Shown one piece after another: positions 57,241 to 64,000 of a DNA stretch of 64,000 nucleotides (positions within the stretch are counted from its first letter, which is position 1; each line of letters opens with the position of its first letter). Under the pieces are notes generated by a model. The model was given only the letters and a program-made list of their open reading frames with translations. It was not told the DNA's origin and did not search any database. Source of the DNA: Eledone cirrhosa (lineage: Eukaryota); NCBI GenBank assembly GCA_964016885.1, contig OZ024746.1, positions 99,572,001 through 99,636,000 of the forward strand. Reading direction: 5' to 3'. The position numbers and the translations under genes are program-made.

Positions 57241-59919
57241 AAAAACAACAACAACATTAAACAAATAGACACAGCAAGCTTGCCAAGTTTGGCAAATGAA
57301 AAAAATTATAATTGCTTCTACTTTTGGCACAAGGCCAGCAATTATCCCAGTACCAGTACATTACTGGTACTTTATTTTATCGACCCCGTAATGAGGAAAG
57401 GCAAAGTGAACCTCGGCGGGATTTGAAGTCAGACTATAAAGGGGCGTAACTCTACGCTGCAAAGCATGCTGTCCGACCCTCTACCGATACTGCTAATCCA
57501 TCGCCTTATTGAAGAAATAATTGTTTCTACTTTTGGCTCAAGGCCAGCAATTACCCAGTGCATTACTGGTACTTTATTTTATCGACCCCGTAAGGATGAA
57601 AGGCAAAGTTGACCTCGGCGGGGTTTGAACTCAGAATGGAAAGGGCCGTAACTCTATGCGTCAAAGCATGGTGTCCGACTCTCTACCGATACTGCCAATC
57701 CACCGTGAAGAAATAATAATAATTTGTTAATAGCAATAATATGTGTTTTGCTAGCATTGCACGTCACAAAGAAATTCTGGTGACGATTGGACGGAGGGAA
57801 AACGGACACGACAGAGATATATTACAAGCTACAATGCCTTCCTGTCTGAGGAGTACACACAGGAATGCACAAGATAAAACGTAACATATATCTGTCTTGA
57901 CATAAACAGCAGCTTCCTTGTCATTGAAACAACAATTAGAGGGAGCTCTATCTCTTCTGTGGGACAATATATTCACCATTGTCTGAAGAGTAGGCTTAGA
58001 AAACATTTGCATAGTTTTCAAAACTGTGAACGAGAGAGAATTAGGCCGGGCTTGGGTGTTGCGCATTTACTTAGTTGCTCGAGTTATCATATTGAGGAGA
58101 ACATAAAACAAGGACCAGGGTGAAAACCTTTAGCGACCCCGTTGAACTTCAATTTATTGTCACTTTAGTAACACAGTACGTGAAGTAGCGAGCGTTGATA
58201 CAACCAGGAACGATATGTCATCCTACTGAAATAACCCCGTATAGCTATACGAAATCACATGGCATGTATGAAGATCAAATTTAACCCTTTTAGTATTTAA
58301 ACCGACCGTATCTGGCCTCTTTCTTTGGAACTATCTATAACCAGCTGCTCATACTGATGTTAAGATATTGTTCTCAAAATAAATAATATCAAAATCGCAT
58401 AGATTCGATATTATGTGAGATAATCGTGTGAGGTAAAGCATTTACCGTTAGAATATAATAAATATAGAGTAATGTAAATACTAATGGGTTAGAGAAACAA
58501 AATCGTAATGCTTATTCGCATATTAATTTATTTCATCTAGATCTTCTGAAGCCTAATATAATTATATAGACATTGAATATAAACATCAAATTTGATTTGA
58601 ACTTAAACAGTAACAATGTCAAATGTCAAATCTGTATTATTTAAGGGTCAACCTTCGTTTGAAATCTTATTAAATCTTCAGTAATTTTAAAAATAATATT
58701 TTTAGTTACTGATTTTACTTTATATTATTCTTTGCTGGCAATATCGGTAGAGCATCAGACACCATGCTTTGCAGCATAGAGTTATGGCCCTTTACGTTCT
58801 GAGTTCAAACCCCGCCGAGTTTAACTTTGCCTTTCATCCTTACGGGGTCGACAAAATAAAGCACCAGTAATGCACTAGGGTAATTGCTGGCCTTGTGCCA
58901 AAAGTAGAAACAATTATTCTTTGCAGATCAACGTCGGACAACATGCTTAACGACATAGAGTTACGGCCCTTTACTTTCTGAGTTCAAATCCCGTGGTGTC
59001 TTTTTGGTTACCATTTCCACTCTGTGCAGTTGGTTGTATTGCTTGATAAGCCAACACTTGTATTATGTTTGCATATGGGAGTGTGAGATTTATGTGAAAT
59101 AAGTTAAATGTTTACTGGAACATTCGTGTTAGGTGTTAGCAAAGTAGGTCATGACCCGCTCAGTGTGACACTCTCCCATACACACACACACACAGACACA
59201 CACATATATATATATATACAAGTATGTATATATACATATAAAAATATGCATATATATATACAAATATGTATATAAATAAATAAATAAATAAATAAATATT
59301 TATTTATTTATTTTCTTGCTCTGTAAAACAACTGATGTTCTTACATTGAGCTATTTCTCTTACTGGTAGTAAGGTAGTAGGAAATTACTGACCTTTCCTA
59401 TTTATAGTTGTTTATACTATATACATAACTATAAATAGTATTATTATTATACCAGTAATGTACTGGGTATTTGTGGCCTTGTGCCAAAAGTAGAAACAAT
59501 TATTACGAATATATATATATATAAATATACAAATAACTATATATATACAAATATGTATATATAGTTATGTAATAAAGAACATAAGATAATTATTTCATTT
59601 ACCAGTGGTTTCTTGAAGGCAGATATGTATATCTGTCTTCAGTCGTCAGAATGAATAAATAACATGGTGTTTTTATTAAATATGGTTTTTAGGAAAATTC
59701 CACGAAAAACCGGGACCGCGAATGCCGGGAGTACACTGTATTGGAGGCGTGTAGTCTAGAAATAAGGGTGTTGGACTTACGATGGGTTCTATTGTTGAAG
59801 AAGAAGAAGAAGAAGAAGAAGAAGAAGAAGGGTGGGAGTGAGGAGGAGGAGTGGGAGGAGGAGGAGGGGAACTAATGGCATTTACAAGGATCTTATTAAT
59901 ATACAATAACCTTATTAAA

Positions 59920-62900
59920 ATTTAAAAAATCTGTCAAACTGTCCAGTCCAGTATGAAAGTACTATTTGTTCGGGTTGTCTCTTATATATTGATGATGTTA
60001 GCATCAAATTCGTTTGGATGCAGAAACAGTCTCGTTTGATCCATCTCCAATAAACCAACGCCATCCAACTAAAGATGATGTCAGTGACTTCCAAGAAGAT
60101 AAATAAATAAAGCAGATGTCGAATAAAAAACACATGGGTTGGATGTCAAGTAGTTTTTTTGTAATCATTTCACAGCTCACAATTGGCAACTAAGCCTACC
60201 ATGCCGTTGAGAATAATAGAGGTTTTGCTTTACTTAACAATTATGTGACTGTGAAACAGGATTCTCTGCATTATTAATTCTGAAATCAAACTAGAATAAT
60301 TGACGATGTGTTAAATGATATACGACTAAATGTGTCAGTAACTGTACAGCGATTCTCTGTTTTAATTCCACAAAAGAGCAGCAAAATGTGAGTAAGTTAA
60401 TAAATACAAGTGTTAAAATATAGAGTCAAAACTATTAGAAAGATTTGCAGTTTTTTCGTTTCGTTTTTGTGGCTGCTTTTCTTGTAATCTAACTCAACTG
60501 CAGGAATTGAATATATTGATATACAATCAGAAACGTATGAATTAAAATGATCTAAAGCAGTTGTAATTAGCTTGAATATGTCCTCTGACACGTTTCTATA
60601 TATAAATCTTACAAAATCCTTATGAATTTTCCGCATTCTGTTCTTGGTTAACCAGGCACAAAATATAATAAACTATGAACACTTTGTGAGTTCATACTGA
60701 CACATAAGACCGAGGATACTGTTGAGATACACAAGGCTTTCTCAATGTAGGCGACTTTATCTGTTGGGTGGGTAATTTCAACTGTTGGGTGGGTGATTTC
60801 AACTGTTGGGTGGGCGACTTTAACTGTTGGGTGCGTGATTTCAACTGTAGGGTGGGCGATTTCAACTGTTGGGTGGGCGACTTTAACTGTTGGGTGGGTG
60901 ATTTCAACTGTTGGGTGGGTGATTTCAACTGTTGGGTGGGTGATTTCAACTGTTGGGTGGGTGATTTTAACTGTTGGGTGGGTGATTTTAACTGTGGGTG
61001 GGTGATTTTTTAGCTGTTGGGTGGGCGATTTCAACTGTTGGGTGGGCGACTTTAACTGTCGGGTGGGCGACTTTAACTGTCGGGTGGGCGATTTCAACTG
61101 TTGGGTGGGCGACTTTAACTGTTGGGTGGGTGATTTCAACTGTTGGGTGGGCGATTTTAACTGTTGGGTGGGCGACTTTAACTGTTGGGTGGGTGATTTC
61201 AACTGTTGGGTGGGTGATTTCAACTGTTGGGTGGGTGATTTCAACTGTTGGGTGGGCGACTTTAACTGTTGGGTGGGTGATTTCAACTGTAGGGTGGGCG
61301 ATTTCAACTGTTGGGTGGGTGATTTCAACTGTTGGGTGGGCGACTTTAACTGTTGGTGGGTGATTTCAACTGTTGGGCGGGTGATTTCAACTGTTGGGTG
61401 GGTGATTTTAACTGTTGGGTGGGTGATTTTAACTGTTGGGTGGGTGATTTTTTAGCTGTTGAGTGGGCGATTTCAACTGTTGGGTGGGCGACTTTAACAG
61501 TCGGGTGGGCGACTTTAACTGTCGGGTGGGCGATTTCAACTGTTGGGTGGGCGATTTCAATTGTTGGGTGGGCGACTTTAACTGTTGGGTGGGCGATTTC
61601 AACTGTTGAGTGGGCGACTTTAACTGTTGGGTGGGTGATTTCAACTGTTGGGTGGGTGATTTCAACTGTTGGGTGGGCGACTTTAACTGTTGGGAGGGTG
61701 ATTTCAACTGTTGGGTGGGCGACTTTAACTGTTGGGTGGCTGATTTCAACTGTTGGGTGGGCGATTTCAACTGTTGGGTGGGTGATTTCAACTGTTGGGT
61801 GGGTGATTTCAACTGTTGGGTGGGCAATTTCAACTGTTGGGTGGGTGATTTCAACTGTTGGGTGGGCGACTTTAACTGTTGGGAGGGCGATTTCAACTGT
61901 TGAGTGGGCGACTTTAACTGATGGGTGGGTGATTTCAACTGTTGGGTGGGCGATTTCAACTGTTGGGTGGGTGATTTCAACTGTTGGGTGGGCAATTTCA
62001 ACTGTTGGGTGGGTGATTTCAACTGTTGGGTGGGCGACTTTAACTGTCGGGTGGGCGACTTTAACTGTCGGGTGGGCGATTTCAACTGTTGGGTGGGCGA
62101 CTTTAACTGTTGGGTGGGTGATTTCAACTGTTGGGTGGGCGACTTTAACTGTTGGGTGGGCGACTTTAACTGTTGGGTGGGTGATTTCAACTGTTAGGTG
62201 GGTGATTTTAACTGTTGGGTGGGTGATTTCAACTGTTGGGTGGGCGACTTTAACTGTTGGGTGGGTGATTTCAACTGTAGGGTGGGCGATTTCAACTGTT
62301 GGGTGTGTGATTTCAACTGTTGGGTGGGCGACTTTAACTGTTGATGGGTGATTTCAACTGTTGGGCGGGTGATTTCAACTGTTGGGTGGGTGATTTTAAC
62401 TGTTGGGTGGGTGATTTTAACTGTTGAGTGGGTGATTTTTTAGCTGTTGGGTGGGCGATTTCAACTGTTGGGTGGGCGACTTTAACAGTCGGGTGGGCGA
62501 CTTTAACTGTCGGGTGGGCGATTTCAACTGTTGGGTGGGCGATTTCAAATGTTGGGTGGGCGACTTTAACTGTTGGGTGGGCGATTTCAACTGTTGGGTG
62601 GGCGACTTTAACTGTTGGGTGGGTGATTTCAACTGTTGGGTGGGTGATTTCAACTGTGGGTGGGCGACTTTAACTGTTGGGAGGGTGATTTCAACTGTTG
62701 GGTGGGCGACTTTAACTGTTGGGTGGGTGATTTCAACTGTTGGGTGGGCGATTTCAACTGTTGGGTGGGTGATTTCAACTGTAGGGTGGGTGATTTCAAC
62801 TGTTGGGTGGGCAATTTCAACTGTTGGGTGGGTGATTTCAACTGTTGGGTGGGCGACTTTAACTGTTGGGAGGGCGATTTCAACTGTTGAGTGGGCGACT

Positions 62901-64000
62901 TTAACTGTTGGTTGGGTGATTTCAACTGTTGGGTGGGCGATTTCAACTGTTGGGTGGGTGATTTCAACTGTTGGGTGGGTGATTTCAACTGTTGGGTGGG
63001 TGATTTCATCTGTTGGGTGGGTGATTTCAACTGTTGGGTGGGTGATTTCAACTGTTGGGTGGGCGATTTCAACTGTTGGGTGGGTGATTTCAGTTGTTGG
63101 GTGGGTGATTTCAACTGTTGGGTGGGTGATTTCAACTGTTGGGTGGGCGACTTTAACTGTTGGGAGGGCGATTTCAACTGTTGGGTGGGCGACTTTAACT
63201 GTTGGGTGGTTGATTTCAACTATTGGGTGGGTGATTTCAACTGTTGGGTGGGTGATTTCAACTGTTGGGTGGGCGACTTTAACTGTTGGGAGGGTGATTT
63301 TAACTGTTGGGTGGGCGATTTCAACTGTTGGGTGGGTGATTTCAACTGTTGGGTGGGTGATTTCAACTGTTGGGTGGGCGATTTCAACTATTGGGTGGGC
63401 GACTTTAACTGTTGGGTGGGTGATTTCAACTGTTGGGTGGGCGATTTCAACTGTTGGGTGGGCGACTTTAACTGTTGGGTGGGTGATTTCAACTGTTGGT
63501 GGGCGACTTTAACTGTTGGGTGGGCGATTTCAACTGTTGGGTGGGCGGTTTCAACTCTTGGGTGGGTGATTTCAACTGTTGGGTGGGCGATTTCAACTGT
63601 TGGGTGGGTGATTTCAACTGTTGGGTGGGTGATTTCAACTGTTGGGTGGGCGATTTCAACTGTTGGGTGGGCGATTTCAACTGTTGGGTGGGTGGTTTCA
63701 ACTGTTGGGTGAGTGATTTTAACTGTTGGATGGGTGATTTCAACTGTTGAGGGGGGGGGGGGATTCTAACTGTTGGGTGGGCGATTTCAACTGTTGGGTG
63801 GGTGATGAATACCAGAATAGAAATTAGTTGGCGATATAGGATTTTGAGTATTAAGATGCTACCCGAAAAAAATATTCAAAGGAGATATGCAAAGTACCTG
63901 TATATAAAAACAAAACAGGAGTCAAATGGGAATAACGAAACAAACTTCTGAACAACAGTTTTGAATATTTACTATAGATGTAGGTGCTGGAGCATGTCTC
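59920..64000 (-). pseudogene. Possible decayed rhodopsin-family GPCR sequence, interrupted by the 21-bp satellite
   Basis: Frameshifted minus-strand pieces: VCFVIPI*LLFCFYIQVL (TM5-like, ~63893-63946), KILYRQLISILVFITHP (TM6-like), MNSQSVHSLLYF (TM7-like), ILNGMVGLVAN...HPTHVFFIRHL (TM1/ICL1-like), SSLVGWRWFIGD (ECL1-like), FDRF (TM3 DRY-like, 59927-59935). Recognised by eye only. Confidence 0.35.
60750..63806. repeat. 21-bp satellite (GGGTGGGTGATTTCAACTGTT / GGGTGGGCGACTTTAACTGTT), about 145 copies
   Basis: Continuous tandem array; the variant GATTTTTTAGCTG recurs near 61005, 61446 and 62434. Confidence 0.97.

Noticed and set aside
60750-63806. Long ORFs (VGDFNCW / KSPTQQL / ISTVGW repeats) as real repeat proteins
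   Set aside because: A 21-bp unit is open in several frames on both strands by construction, and indels break every frame.

Overview
Eukaryotic, AT-rich, repeat-dominated genomic DNA. The abundant tRNA-derived SINE resembles octopod cephalopod SINEs, which is an inference from recalled consensus and not from a search. The only intact coding sequence I can support is three minus-strand exons (20924-21025, 14146-14409, 10972-11097) of an SLC7 LAT/b(0,+)-type amino-acid transporter light chain. All three have canonical GT-AG sites and are phase 1-1; the upstream and downstream exons were not found in the window. The rest is three kb-scale G/C-skewed satellites, (TA)n microsatellites, about 20 SINE copies, fragments of RTE-, CRE- and Penelope-like retroelements, MITEs and one clean non-autonomous Helitron. 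The satellites are 1-8980 (30/35-bp units with a 2080-bp higher-order repeat), 46339-54618 (~52-bp unit) and 60750-63806 (21-bp unit). Four observations stand out: (i) the 8.3-kb satellite was born from the 5' head (Pol III A-box) of the adjacent SINE; (ii) the 21-bp satellite seems to have expanded inside a decayed rhodopsin-family GPCR-like sequence; (iii) several long fold-back palindromes and inversions lie at (TA)n tracts; (iv) oppositely oriented SINEs bracket symmetric SLC7 exons. No prokaryotic system or CRISPR array is present, and nearly all ORFs in the supplied track are repeat-derived artefacts.
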